Assembly (NCBI GenBank): GCA_049975365.1
Contig: JBNGDS010000004.1
Coordinates: 17,150 to 81,149, forward strand
Source: Desulfomonilia bacterium
GTDB lineage: Bacteria > Desulfobacterota > Desulfomonilia > UBA1062
DNA length: 64,000 nt
Direction of reading: 5' to 3'
Every line of letters starts with the position of its first letter. Positions within the stretch are counted from its first letter, which is position 1. The notes below the pieces were generated by a model. The model had not been told where the DNA came from, made no database searches, and saw only the letters and a list, made by a program, of their open reading frames with translations. The translations under genes and the position numbers were made by a program. Shown one piece after another: positions 30,889-40,261 of this stretch.

Positions 30889-32022
30889 TTATTTGCCAAG
30901 ACTCTCGATGAATGCCTGTACACGGGTACGCAGCTGGCCTTCTCCTCCGGTGGCATATTCCCGCTCGAGTTTCAGGACCGGCACGCCTTTCTTTCTGAGT
31001 GCACTGACCAGGGGCATGGTATCCACTCCCCAGAGATCACAGAACTTGATGATCTCAATGACCACGCCGTCTGCACGGTATTCCTCTACTGTGTCGAGGA
31101 TGTTTTCCAGCCGGCGATCGAAGTCCTCCATCATGCGGGGGCACAGGGTCTTCTTGAACGTGTGCTCGGCCAGGCACCTGATGGGATGTACGCCTTGTTC
31201 CACAGGCATGAGCCCGGGAATGGACCCGGTGCAGAACCGGTCGGCCACCACGAGCCCTCCCTGTGATTCGATGATGGCGATGAATGCAGGATCGTGCAGA
31301 TGCGCCCCAACCATCATGAGGCGTGCACGGTAGTCAGCATTCCCTTCTTCGTGTTCGATCTCCCTGTAGAATGACTCGATGGCGGGGAGGATCAGATCCT
31401 TCGGAGATGCGAGGGATGCCATGACGATCCGGTGAAAATCAGCTCCAGTCAGGGGGGGATGCAGTCTTTTCCTCAGGTCGCCTATAGAACGCATGATGCT
31501 GGAGAACCTGTTCCACCGGTCTATGGCCTCCTCGATGGAAGCAGTGCCCATATTGACACCGAAATAGTCAGAGAGTTTCTCCGCCAGGATCGAGAGTTCA
31601 TCGGCAAGCCATGAAGTGGTGACGTCGTTCACCTTGCGCGGCACGTCGATGACGTGACTGAAAGCCGGCTTCCTGAGGTATTCGAGGTTGTCTATGAGGC
31701 GCTGCATGTGAGCGCACGAAGGCACGAAGACCCACCCCTGGATGAGATCGTACCGGTCGTCCATAACAAACTCGAGCAGGCTGCGGGTATACGAACAGGT
31801 CAGCGACGACATGTAGTTGTCGGCGATCTCGGTCCCGGCAATTCCAGGGGCCATCAGACGAACCGGAAAGAGCCTGTCTGCCATGAGCAGCGCCTCGGGC
31901 ACGAAGGAACAGGAATACCCAATGGGTATGCGGCAGTCCTGTGAGGCCTGTTCGACAAGGGTGTTCTGAGGGCTTTCCAGGAGATCATCGAACAGGTGCA
32001 TGGTCTTGGTAGGCATCCTCAC
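30889..32022 (-). CDS. 2-hydroxyacyl-CoA dehydratase superfamily subunit (HgdB/BcrC-like)
   Basis: N-terminal IGYSCSFVPEALLMADRLFP and C-terminal IKFCDLWGVDTMPLVSALRKKGVPVLKLEREY match the HgdB pattern (GCLPYYVPEEL ... FCDPEE...GIP). Confidence 0.75.
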   Translation of the reverse strand: MRMPTKTMHLFDDLLESPQNTLVEQASQDCRIPIGYSCSFVPEALLMADRLFPVRLMAPGIAGTEIADNYMSSLTCSYTRSLLEFVMDDRYDLIQGWVFVPSCAHMQRLIDNLEYLRKPAFSHVIDVPRKVNDVTTSWLADELSILAEKLSDYFGVNMGTASIEEAIDRWNRFSSIMRSIGDLRKRLHPPLTGADFHRIVMASLASPKDLILPAIESFYREIEHEEGNADYRARLMMVGAHLHDPAFIAIIESQGGLVVADRFCTGSIPGLMPVEQGVHPIRCLAEHTFKKTLCPRMMEDFDRRLENILDTVEEYRADGVVIEIIKFCDLWGVDTMPLVSALRKKGVPVLKLEREYATGGEGQLRTRVQAFIESLGK

Positions 32023-32037
32023 AGCTACGTTCTCCCC

Positions 32038-32808
32038 TTATGTCAGTACGCCCATGGTTTCGAGGATGTGTTCAACAACGCCCAGGGTGGGGGAGGTGTC
32101 CGGGAGCTCCCTTAAAGACGTTCCCCTGAAATCGAAATCCCTGATGAGGTCGTCCTCTGCAATCCATCCGTAGATGGGTAGACCGGTCCTCGATCTGATG
32201 TCATTCACCTCTGCCTGGCTCTTCACCCGGTTGAGCACGAGCCCCAGGCTCCTGAAATCAACGGCCTTGTTGTCATGCGCAACATGGGCTATGGCGCCAA
32301 CAACTCCTAGACCTTTGGCCGAGGTGTCCGAGATGAGTACCAGGTGATCGACGGTCTTCATGACTCGGCGGTTGATCTGCTCCACACCTGCCTCGCCGTC
32401 AATGATGACCACATCGAACGCATAAGCAAGTTCTACAAGGATGTCCTTGAGCAGTGAATTAACCTTGCAGTAGCACCCTTCATCCTCCGGCCTTCCGATG
32501 GCGAGCATGGCAAACCCGTCCTGCTCGTGAAGCGCATCGAACACCTCGTAGTCGAGCTGCCTCAGTGTCTGTGGCGCTCCCTGTGATGTGCCTTTTCTGA
32601 TCTGGGAGATAAGCCCCTTTCTTATGTCGTCCACGGTTTTCCGGACAACCACCCCAAGGGCCACGGCAAGGCCGCACGCCGGGTCCGCATCGATGGCCAG
32701 GATCTTCCTGTTCCCGTTTTCGCTCAGAAGCTTCACCATGACGGCTGCCACTGAGGTCTTGCCTACACCCCCTTTGCCGCACAGCGCGATTCTCGTGGTA
32801 TCACTCAT
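32038..32808 (-). CDS. CooC/MinD/Mrp-family P-loop ATPase (putative metallocentre or Fe-S maturation ATPase)
   Basis: Deviant Walker A (CGKGGVGKTSVAA) and the IDADP motif. Length and pattern resemble CooC/AcsF-type ATPases. Confidence 0.8.
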   Translation of the reverse strand: MSDTTRIALCGKGGVGKTSVAAVMVKLLSENGNRKILAIDADPACGLAVALGVVVRKTVDDIRKGLISQIRKGTSQGAPQTLRQLDYEVFDALHEQDGFAMLAIGRPEDEGCYCKVNSLLKDILVELAYAFDVVIIDGEAGVEQINRRVMKTVDHLVLISDTSAKGLGVVGAIAHVAHDNKAVDFRSLGLVLNRVKSQAEVNDIRSRTGLPIYGWIAEDDLIRDFDFRGTSLRELPDTSPTLGVVEHILETMGVLT

Positions 32809-33538
32809 TTCTTGCCTCTCTCTTCTTGCTCTGCATAGAAAGCCTCATGGATTTGAGCTGCTCCGCATCGGCACATACATCCTGGTATTCGCAGGATTCG
32901 CAGTCGAAATCGAGCTCGAGGGCCATCTTGTCCATGGCCGCAATGATCCTTGCAGCCGGGGCGACGATTTCGCGCAGCTCAGTAACATCTTCGGGTGACG
33001 AGGTGACCATGATCACTTCCACGGATTGGACATAGTCCCTGGCGTGGAACAGCCTCATGAGTGCCGATGCGAGTATCTGCGTTGAGAATCCCGACTGGAT
33101 CGCCTCCCTGCTGATTCTGCACCACTCCTTCTGGTACTGGGACACGGCCCTGATCATGAACCCCTTCAGATCGAGGTCGTAACGGAGAAAGTCCATGTCA
33201 CGGTGCCGATCGTAAGTATTCTCTTCAGTGAAGCCGACCACCCCTGCCAGGACCACCTTTCCGAAGGGCAATGCCGGGTTCCCGGTTTCAGTGAAATCCG
33301 GACCGACGAGGGTGATACGTCCGTGCGAGACTTCGGCCAGGTCTCCCGACCAGAGCAGACTGCTCACTGATTCCACATCAGGGCTTCCCAGCTCGAGGCC
33401 CAGGTCTTCTTTCATCACGATGCCCCTGTGGCCGCCAACGGGCCAGGTGAATGCGGGGTGCTCCGACCAGCAGCGTTTATTCGGACGGGACTCGATGAAG
33501 TCACGCACTTTGTGGATGATGTCTAAGAAGAGTTCCAT
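32801..33538 (-). CDS. Hypothetical protein with C-terminal CxxCx5C motif, co-transcribed with CooC-like ATPase
   Basis: 245 aa with C-terminal DFDCESCEYQDVCAD. 8-nt overlap with the CooC-like gene. I do not recognise a family. Confidence 0.5.
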   Translation of the reverse strand: MELFLDIIHKVRDFIESRPNKRCWSEHPAFTWPVGGHRGIVMKEDLGLELGSPDVESVSSLLWSGDLAEVSHGRITLVGPDFTETGNPALPFGKVVLAGVVGFTEENTYDRHRDMDFLRYDLDLKGFMIRAVSQYQKEWCRISREAIQSGFSTQILASALMRLFHARDYVQSVEVIMVTSSPEDVTELREIVAPAARIIAAMDKMALELDFDCESCEYQDVCADAEQLKSMRLSMQSKKREARNE

Positions 33539-33555
33539 GTTACCGGATACAGTTC

Positions 33556-34341
33556 CTAGCTGTCCCTTGCAGCCATCTCACGTGCCATGACAGCCGCCCC
33601 CAGGGCGCCGATGATCTGAGGGTCAGTCTCCATCTTCCTGAGTTTCACCCCAAGGGCCTCTTCAAGGGCGCTGAACATGCCGATATTCTTCGCTACCCCG
33701 CCGGTCATGGTGATTTCTCTGGAGAGCTCGATCCCCTTGGCAAGGGATGCGACCCGGTGCGCCATGGCCCTGTGGAGGCCGTGGATGATGTCGGGGATAT
33801 CTCTGCCGTTGTTGATGAGGGAGATGATTTCCGTCTCGGCAAACACAACGCACTGGTTGGAGATCGTCACGGGATTCCGTGCCTGGAATGAAAGTTCACC
33901 CATGTCCTCGAGGCATACACCCAAAGCACTTGCCATGATCTCGAGAAATCTCCCGGTACCGGATGCACATTTATCGTTGTAGGCATAGCGGATCACGTTC
34001 CCGTTCTCATCCAGCCGGATGGCCTTGGCATCCTGCCCTCCGATGTCGATGACCATGCGGACCTCCGGGATGAGCCACTGGGCGCCCATCCCGTGGCAGG
34101 CGATCTCGGATTCGACTGCAGTGGAAAATGGGATGTGGTTTCTTCCATATCCGGTTCCGACGCAGGATTTGATCTCGCTCAGCGGTATACCTGCCTGTGC
34201 AAGGGCTGCACCCATAACTTCCCGGGCAGATTCTTCCGGCTCGGGGCGGGCGAGAATGACTTCAGAGGCAACGATGTCTCCGTTTTTCATGATGACGGCC
34301 TTGGCACTCAGGGATCCAACATCACATCCTGCAACGTACAT
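33556..34341 (-). CDS. BadF/BadG/BcrA/BcrD-type ATPase (HgdC-like), paralog 2; candidate BcrD-position subunit
   Basis: YVAGCDVGSLSAKAV N-terminus, length 261 aa. Last gene of the C-B-A-D-ordered set. Confidence 0.85.
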   Translation of the reverse strand: MYVAGCDVGSLSAKAVIMKNGDIVASEVILARPEPEESAREVMGAALAQAGIPLSEIKSCVGTGYGRNHIPFSTAVESEIACHGMGAQWLIPEVRMVIDIGGQDAKAIRLDENGNVIRYAYNDKCASGTGRFLEIMASALGVCLEDMGELSFQARNPVTISNQCVVFAETEIISLINNGRDIPDIIHGLHRAMAHRVASLAKGIELSREITMTGGVAKNIGMFSALEEALGVKLRKMETDPQIIGALGAAVMAREMAARDS

Positions 34342-34345
34342 CTGT

Positions 34346-35125
34346 TCACCCTCCTATCTTCTCACGCGCATACACAGCCGCACCCAGGGCTCCGACGAGC
34401 TGCGGATCGATCCTCAGACGCCGCACCTTCACGTCGAGCATCCGCTCGAGGGCAGCAACGACACCGGCATTCTTTGCCACTCCACCTGTCATGCAGACAT
34501 CCTTTTCCACACCCACACTGCGGGCCAGGATCGCCACTCTGGCAGCCATGGCCTGGTTGACGGCGGATGCGATATCGGCCTTGGATCGTTTTTCATTCAG
34601 GTGGTGAATGACTTCGGCCTGGGCCCACACCGTGCAGGTCGATGCGAGGGAGAGCGGGTTTTTTGCCTGGTGTGAAAGCCTTCCCAGTTCATCGAGTTCA
34701 AGACCCAGTATATGTGCCATCACCTCGAGAAACCGGCCAGTTCCGGCAGCGCACTTGTCGTTGGTAAAGAACTTTACCACGCCGCCTTTCGCATCGAGTT
34801 TTATTGCCTTGCAGTCCTGTCCGCCGACATCGATGACGGTCCTCGCTGTAGGCATGAGCCATTGTGCGCCTTTCGCATGACAGGTAATCTCTGAGACAGC
34901 CGTGCTCACGAACGGAATCCGTTCCCGTCCATAGCCGGTTCCTACACAGAACGTGATCGTGTCCATGGAAAGGCCCGCAGACGAGAGAGCGGCTTCCATC
35001 ACCTCGCGGGCGGATGCTTCAGGGTTGAACCCAGACCTGATGATCGCCTGGGACAGAACCCGTTTATTGTTGAGAATGACTGCCTTGGTGGTCAGAGAAC
35101 CCACGTCACAACCGGCAACAATCAT
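34346..35125 (-). CDS. BadF/BadG/BcrA/BcrD-type ATPase (HgdC-like), paralog 3; candidate BcrA-position subunit
   Basis: MIVAGCDVGSLTTKAV, 259 aa. GAGGAGG RBS lies inside the upstream small ORF. 4-nt gap to paralog 2. Confidence 0.85.
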   Translation of the reverse strand: MIVAGCDVGSLTTKAVILNNKRVLSQAIIRSGFNPEASAREVMEAALSSAGLSMDTITFCVGTGYGRERIPFVSTAVSEITCHAKGAQWLMPTARTVIDVGGQDCKAIKLDAKGGVVKFFTNDKCAAGTGRFLEVMAHILGLELDELGRLSHQAKNPLSLASTCTVWAQAEVIHHLNEKRSKADIASAVNQAMAARVAILARSVGVEKDVCMTGGVAKNAGVVAALERMLDVKVRRLRIDPQLVGALGAAVYAREKIGG

Positions 35126-35355
35126 GCGACTATCCTCCTCAGTTGAAAGAATTCGCTCGTTGTGTCTGTCAGGATCACGCTCATCATTAACCTGTCGCGA
35201 CAGCGCATTAGGTTGCAGATCCCAGGGACCGCGCTGGGCATGATACTCATGAGGTCGATGCGTTCAGAGACCGGCCGGTCCTGGTTCGGTGCATCATGGA
35301 TGATGGTTCCAAAGATATTCTCCTCCGGATACCTGAGATCCTGGTTCTCGTTCAT
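35122..35355 (-). CDS. Small hypothetical protein (77 aa), translationally coupled (ATGA) to the ATPase gene
   Basis: The ORF's TGA stop overlaps the ATG of the 34346-35125 gene, and its 3' end carries that gene's RBS. Weak own RBS (AAGGA). May be real or a read-through artefact. Confidence 0.3.
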   Translation of the reverse strand: MNENQDLRYPEENIFGTIIHDAPNQDRPVSERIDLMSIMPSAVPGICNLMRCRDRLMMSVILTDTTSEFFQLRRIVA

Positions 35356-35365
35356 CAACGCGTCC

Positions 35366-35608
35366 TTACAGGGTCATACTGATGCGTGCACCCTGCCTGA
35401 TCCTCTGGATATAGAGCTTCGAGCGCTCTTTCAGCACAACCATGTCCGTCTTGCGCTCGATGTACTGCAGTGCAGGGATGGCTTCTTCCCTGAACAGGGT
35501 CAGGCTGTCGATTGCCCGCTGCCGCTCCACCAGGACCCTGGAGCTGTCCATGGCAATGTTCTTCAAGACCTCGATTGCGATCGCTTCCTTCTCATTTTCC
35601 GTCTCCAT
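35366..35608 (-). CDS. Small hypothetical protein (80 aa), helical/charged
   Basis: AGGAGG RBS 6 nt upstream of ATG. Plausible composition. Sits between the HgdA-like and ATPase genes. Confidence 0.5.
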   Translation of the reverse strand: METENEKEAIAIEVLKNIAMDSSRVLVERQRAIDSLTLFREEAIPALQYIERKTDMVVLKERSKLYIQRIRQGARISMTL

Positions 35609-35727
35609 ACATCCTCCTGAACCTTATTCAGGCAACCCTGACAGACATCCGGATCTCGGATATCGGTTCCATCTCCTATCAGAGAGAGTGTATTCAGCCC
35701 CTATGACACCTGTGCTCGACATCCTTG

Positions 35728-37131
35728 TCATGTGCCGAGCCCCCGCAGGTGTATGAACTCGCTTATTTTGTCGGTCACAGCTTCCCATGACTGGACACGG
35801 TCGTCGAACGCATCTGCATAGAGAATCAGGGTCGGGATTCCGCTGCGCTCGAGATCCCGGGCATAGGATTTGACCATTCCCCAGGTGTTCCTGCACCCGA
35901 TGGTCCCAAAATAGGCCACGAAGTCTGCCTTCATGACCCTGGTCATGATGAGCGTGTCGTCGAGCCACATGTTGGGCGCGTCATACGGGCCCCGGATGGA
36001 TTTCACCATGGGCATGCGTGACATCTGCATAGCGAGCGAATCGATCATGTCCTCGAGGGTGTCTCGTTTCATCGTGAACACGGCATCTTCCCGTTCACTG
36101 CTGTAGGGTGCCTCGTCTTCCCAGAAGGTGCTCAGGATGCAGCCCAGGTGCGAGATCTCGTTGCGGTCAAGAAAAGACCACAGCCTCAGGTCCGTGGTGT
36201 AGTGATCGATGTAGGAAAAAAACCCCCGGAGGCGTTCTCTCCCTGTGCTCATGCCGGAGACCCCTCTGGCGGCGTTCTCTTTGATCCTTTTCAGCATGGA
36301 CCGGAGCAGATCGGTGAAGTCTTTCGTCCCCCCCATGAGAAAGTTCCCGGAGTAGAGAAAGAGGTTGAAGATCGGGGGGATGGGGGAGGGGACAAGCCGC
36401 TGAAATTCTGTGAATTCATTGATGAGTTCGGTCTGAAGCTCGATCTCGGCAACGATCTCCCTGAGCCTGTCGATATCCAGTCTGTTCCCTGTCTGCTCCT
36501 CGAGAAAGGATACAAGATTCATGAAATCCTGCCTGTGAAACATGCCGGCCCGCTCATCGGTTAAAGTCGGGGGGTAGCAGAGCTGGTAGAAGGGGATATC
36601 AAGGTACGCGGAGGCGAACGAGTAGGAGTTGGCGTTCGTATCGCAGATGCCGGGTGAATCGCAGATGATCATGTCAGGTCTGACCCCGAGCCCCGCCAGA
36701 TATGCGCCGAGGGCACCGCGCTGTGATGAACAGGATGTCTCGGTGAATCCCACCTCGCAGCAGTAGTCAAGGTATTCCCCGGTTCCACGCTGGAGTATGA
36801 ACGTGCCGAACACGGTCATGGGCTCAAGCAGGAGTGGAACGATATCGAAGGCGTACAGGATCGGTGGAGCGAAGCAGAAGGTTGTCATGGCCACTTTTCT
36901 GCCGTTGTCATGGGCAGAGAGGATGGTTTGCAGATAGTTTGCGAGGAGTTTCATGAGCAGAATACCCGGTTCTCCCTGGCGAATGATGGCATCAAGGGCA
37001 TCACGGAAATGGGGGATGAGACTGAGCAGCGTCTCATACTCCTTGGATGAACCGTCGTAGGTAACAGAGGCGTTCTCGATGATGCTCCAGATGTTCCAGT
37101 CGTAATTGTACTCTCTGGTTTCCCGTTTCAT
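35728..37131 (-). CDS. Benzoyl-CoA reductase/2-hydroxyacyl-CoA dehydratase superfamily subunit (HgdA/BcrB-like)
   Basis: 467 aa. VAMTTFCFAPPILYAFDIVPL and multiple conserved Cys (CDSPGICDT) follow the HgdA/BcrB architecture. Confidence 0.8.
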   Translation of the reverse strand: MKRETREYNYDWNIWSIIENASVTYDGSSKEYETLLSLIPHFRDALDAIIRQGEPGILLMKLLANYLQTILSAHDNGRKVAMTTFCFAPPILYAFDIVPLLLEPMTVFGTFILQRGTGEYLDYCCEVGFTETSCSSQRGALGAYLAGLGVRPDMIICDSPGICDTNANSYSFASAYLDIPFYQLCYPPTLTDERAGMFHRQDFMNLVSFLEEQTGNRLDIDRLREIVAEIELQTELINEFTEFQRLVPSPIPPIFNLFLYSGNFLMGGTKDFTDLLRSMLKRIKENAARGVSGMSTGRERLRGFFSYIDHYTTDLRLWSFLDRNEISHLGCILSTFWEDEAPYSSEREDAVFTMKRDTLEDMIDSLAMQMSRMPMVKSIRGPYDAPNMWLDDTLIMTRVMKADFVAYFGTIGCRNTWGMVKSYARDLERSGIPTLILYADAFDDRVQSWEAVTDKISEFIHLRGLGT

Positions 37132-37148
37132 GCGTCAATCCTTATCTT

Positions 37149-38282
37149 TTATGCAATCCTCTCCATGAAGGCATCCACGCGCATCTTAACCCTGCCTGTC
37201 TCAACCAGGGGACCGTATTCCCGTTCCATCCGCATACAAGGGATCCCGGCAGCCTCGAGGTCACGCTCGAAGATGCCGTTTTCCGAACCGTGGAGATCGC
37301 AGAAGCGTATGTTCTGCAGGATGACCCCGTCGATGCGGACCTCCTCTATCCGTTCCATGATGTAGGAGAGCCTGTCTCTGTAGCAGCCGAACATCCTGGG
37401 ACATGACTTGTGGCTGAGGTAGCGCTTCGCGAGGGCAAAGACAGGGTCTTCCTTCTCGTCAACGAGGTCCCGGTAGGACCGCGACCCGAAGCACATGGTG
37501 TCTGCCACCACGATGCCGCCGGATTCCTCGATCAGGCGGACAAATTCCAGGTCGTCGTTTGTGCTGCCCACGATCATGAGCCGTTTCCTGCCATCGAGAA
37601 CAGAGGGGGCCTCTTTGAGTTCAGAGATGACATTCTTAAGCAGGTCTGTATAGCGCTCCCTCGGCAGTGCAAACCCTGCGAGAATGACAGCCGTGGTATC
37701 CTCGCCGGTTATGGCAGGGGTATCAGATGCCCTCATCTCGTCGAGCTCGATGAGGAGTCTCCTTCCTTCGTTGTACAGTTTGATGGATTCTTTGAGTGCC
37801 TTCTTGGTGATCTTCACACCAAAGTGCTCCTCGATGCTCTTGATGAAGAGCTTCAGTTCGTCCACGAACCATGCAATGCTGTAGTCGGTCACCTTGTGTG
37901 GTACACCCATGTAGTGAAAGTATGAGGGCAGGACTCCGGGGTAGTCGTCTCCTGCCTTTCTCCAGCATTCGTCGAGCCTGCGCATGGAATCGCACCCGTT
38001 CATGATGATCGCCCCGTCGAGGAAGGTGTACGCACCTTGTCCGGCAAGCTGCAGGATGCACTTGGGAAAACTGCAGATAACCGGACCAAAGTAGGTGTCA
38101 CCGATGGACAGAGAGGTTGTCCCGATTCCGCGCATCCTGAAGGGCAGCATGCCTGCTGCGTGGATGATCTCTTCAGGCATATACGTGCACGGGTAGCCTA
38201 TGACCCTTTTCCCGGCATCCTTCCATTGGGTGACGTACTGGTTTGATATGCTCCGGGCGATGTCTTTGAGTTCGTTGATCAT
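37149..38282 (-). CDS. Benzoyl-CoA reductase/2-hydroxyacyl-CoA dehydratase superfamily subunit (HgdB/BcrC-like)
   Basis: 377 aa. VIGYPCTYMPEEIIHAAGMLPF ... IRFCDLHGSENGIFERDLEAAGIPCMRMEREYGP parallel HgdB (IGCLPYYVPEELVYAAGMVP ... FCDPEEMEYPDLKKALDAHHIP). Confidence 0.8.
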   Translation of the reverse strand: MINELKDIARSISNQYVTQWKDAGKRVIGYPCTYMPEEIIHAAGMLPFRMRGIGTTSLSIGDTYFGPVICSFPKCILQLAGQGAYTFLDGAIIMNGCDSMRRLDECWRKAGDDYPGVLPSYFHYMGVPHKVTDYSIAWFVDELKLFIKSIEEHFGVKITKKALKESIKLYNEGRRLLIELDEMRASDTPAITGEDTTAVILAGFALPRERYTDLLKNVISELKEAPSVLDGRKRLMIVGSTNDDLEFVRLIEESGGIVVADTMCFGSRSYRDLVDEKEDPVFALAKRYLSHKSCPRMFGCYRDRLSYIMERIEEVRIDGVILQNIRFCDLHGSENGIFERDLEAAGIPCMRMEREYGPLVETGRVKMRVDAFMERIA

Positions 38283-39565
38283 CTCTCACCCCCGGCGGCG
38301 AGCAGCACCTCTCTCAGACGCTGCAGTGCCTGGTCGTGTTCTTCATCTGCCATCCCTTCCCCGGGGCTCAGCACATCGGTGAGTCCTCGGACCAGAGAGG
38401 GCATCACTGCTTCGAGAACAGGACGGGCTGCATCGATAATTTCTGGAACGAACCACCGGGCAGTCTCCTTGACCTGATCCGGATCAACACAGTCAGCGAT
38501 GCTGTTCACGATGGTGGTGAGCATCTCGGGTCTGGTGTCATGAAGCGTGTTGACAAGGCGGAGAAACCCATTGATCACCTCGGCTATCTCGAAGGTGTCC
38601 AGGTCGGACAGGCCGTGTGCGAGAGCCTCTGCAAGAGCATTTCCGTCCACTTCCTCGAAGAGACGAACCTTTCGGGAAAGACCCCTGATTGCAGGTGTTT
38701 TCACAGACCCGTAAGCAGACACGAGCTCGATGAGGATTCCCGGGTTCTCCGACAGAGAGTCTGCCAGCGCATGGACCATGGCCTCCTTGTCTTCGGAAAG
38801 GGCGATACGGGCCTTCTTCAAAAGGACAGGATCGATATTCGGGAGTGCATCCTGGAACTGCTGGGTGAGGTACAGCTGGAACAGTGGTTTTCCTGCCTTT
38901 GCCAGGAGGTAGTTTCCTGTATGGAGTCTCCTGATGAGTTCACTCATCGAATTGACCAGGGTGGCTGCCTCACGGGCATCGATCCCTTTCAGCAGCGAGA
39001 GGGTGAGGTCTGCGAGCAGGTCTGGGCCCACCTTCTGTTCAATGGGGCGCAGGAGTTCTCGTACAGACCTGATGCCGGTATTGACAAGGGCGAGGAGCGT
39101 TGCCAGGATGCTCCCGACCTTGGCAGGGTATCTCCACAGGTGCTCGTTGAAGATCTCTACTGTCTTGAGGAAACACCCTTGTGACGATTCAGCAACCTCC
39201 CTGATCTCGCCGAAATCAGTGTTCTTCAGGAAGTCTTCGATAGCTTGTGAACGGCCGGCGGCATGGTACACCGGGTTGGATGCGTGCTCTGCGTTCACCT
39301 TTCGCGCCCACGAGGTGAGCAGACTGCCTACAGGCCCTGATATTCCCCTTCCAGAAACCCCTCCCGGATGGATTAACACCCGTGAGACGATCCGTTGCGC
39401 ACCGGAGGCGATCCGCTCCCTGGTTCTCCTTCCTGAAGCCCAGCCCCTGATCAGTTCTCCGGCAATGGAAGAGAGGAAGTATCTGGTGCCCGGAGACCGT
39501 ACGATGTCTGCAACGATCTTTGCCGAAGCTTCAGCGGGTGGCCCGAGATGTTCAGTGGTGTCCAT
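38279..39565 (-). CDS. Hypothetical protein, long member (428 aa) of a three-member paralogous family of unknown function
   Basis: Shares a roughly 130 aa region (FLKNTDFGEIREVAES...LWRYPAKVGSILATLLALVNTGIRSVRELL) with the 228 aa and 143 aa proteins downstream. 4-nt overlap with the HgdB-like gene. Confidence 0.5.
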   Translation of the reverse strand: MDTTEHLGPPAEASAKIVADIVRSPGTRYFLSSIAGELIRGWASGRRTRERIASGAQRIVSRVLIHPGGVSGRGISGPVGSLLTSWARKVNAEHASNPVYHAAGRSQAIEDFLKNTDFGEIREVAESSQGCFLKTVEIFNEHLWRYPAKVGSILATLLALVNTGIRSVRELLRPIEQKVGPDLLADLTLSLLKGIDAREAATLVNSMSELIRRLHTGNYLLAKAGKPLFQLYLTQQFQDALPNIDPVLLKKARIALSEDKEAMVHALADSLSENPGILIELVSAYGSVKTPAIRGLSRKVRLFEEVDGNALAEALAHGLSDLDTFEIAEVINGFLRLVNTLHDTRPEMLTTIVNSIADCVDPDQVKETARWFVPEIIDAARPVLEAVMPSLVRGLTDVLSPGEGMADEEHDQALQRLREVLLAAGGER

Positions 39566-40235
39566 GAATGGAGTCCTCCGTTTTTGTATGTATCTGTTTC
39601 TGAAGCGCTTTCATTCCCGCTTCGGTCAGGTATGATTCGAACATGGTCATACTCCCGTCAGTGAGTGTACTGATCGCATCCTCCCTGGTGAATTGTTCTT
39701 CCATGAGGTAGCTGTGTCCCAGGTGCATGGCCATGCCCACTACCGCATAGGCAAGGGTATGGGGATTCACTCCCTCGATGATGCCGATATCCAGCCACGT
39801 CTGGATATCGTTGGCCAGATCCCGGGCAATATCGCTGTAATGACGCCACACATTGTTGTCCAGTTCCTCGTCGACCCCGAAACTGCCCCTCAGGAGGATG
39901 AGAAACTGCTGGCGGTGGCCATCGATGTAATCGAAGTAGGCGGTAAATGTCTCGATGAGTTTGGCGTAGCGGTCGTCCCTGTCCCAGATATTCACGGGCT
40001 CTCTGAGTTTCCTGATCCGATCCCTGAAGTCTTCGAAGTTCTGCCTGGTTATCTGGGCAAAGAGTTCACGTTTGTCCTGGAAGTAGTTGTAGAATGTCCC
40101 TGCAGACATCCCCACCTTCTTGACAATGTCCATGACTTGAGTGTTGTGGTAGCCACGCTGGCTGAAGAGTTCCTCGGCAGCCTCTATGATCACCTCTTTG
40201 GTAAAGGTCCGTTTCTTGTCGGCCAGGGTTGGCAT
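39552..40235 (-). CDS. TetR/AcrR-family transcriptional regulator (paralog A)
   Basis: HTH region FSQRGYHNTQVMDIVKKVGMSAGTFYNYFQDKRELF. Start placed at ATG (MPTLADKK) after AGAAAGGAA. Paralog of the regulator at 44289-44954. Confidence 0.85.
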   Translation of the reverse strand: MPTLADKKRTFTKEVIIEAAEELFSQRGYHNTQVMDIVKKVGMSAGTFYNYFQDKRELFAQITRQNFEDFRDRIRKLREPVNIWDRDDRYAKLIETFTAYFDYIDGHRQQFLILLRGSFGVDEELDNNVWRHYSDIARDLANDIQTWLDIGIIEGVNPHTLAYAVVGMAMHLGHSYLMEEQFTREDAISTLTDGSMTMFESYLTEAGMKALQKQIHTKTEDSIHGHH

Positions 40236-40261
40236 GTCTGGTTCCTTTCTGTTCGCGGATT

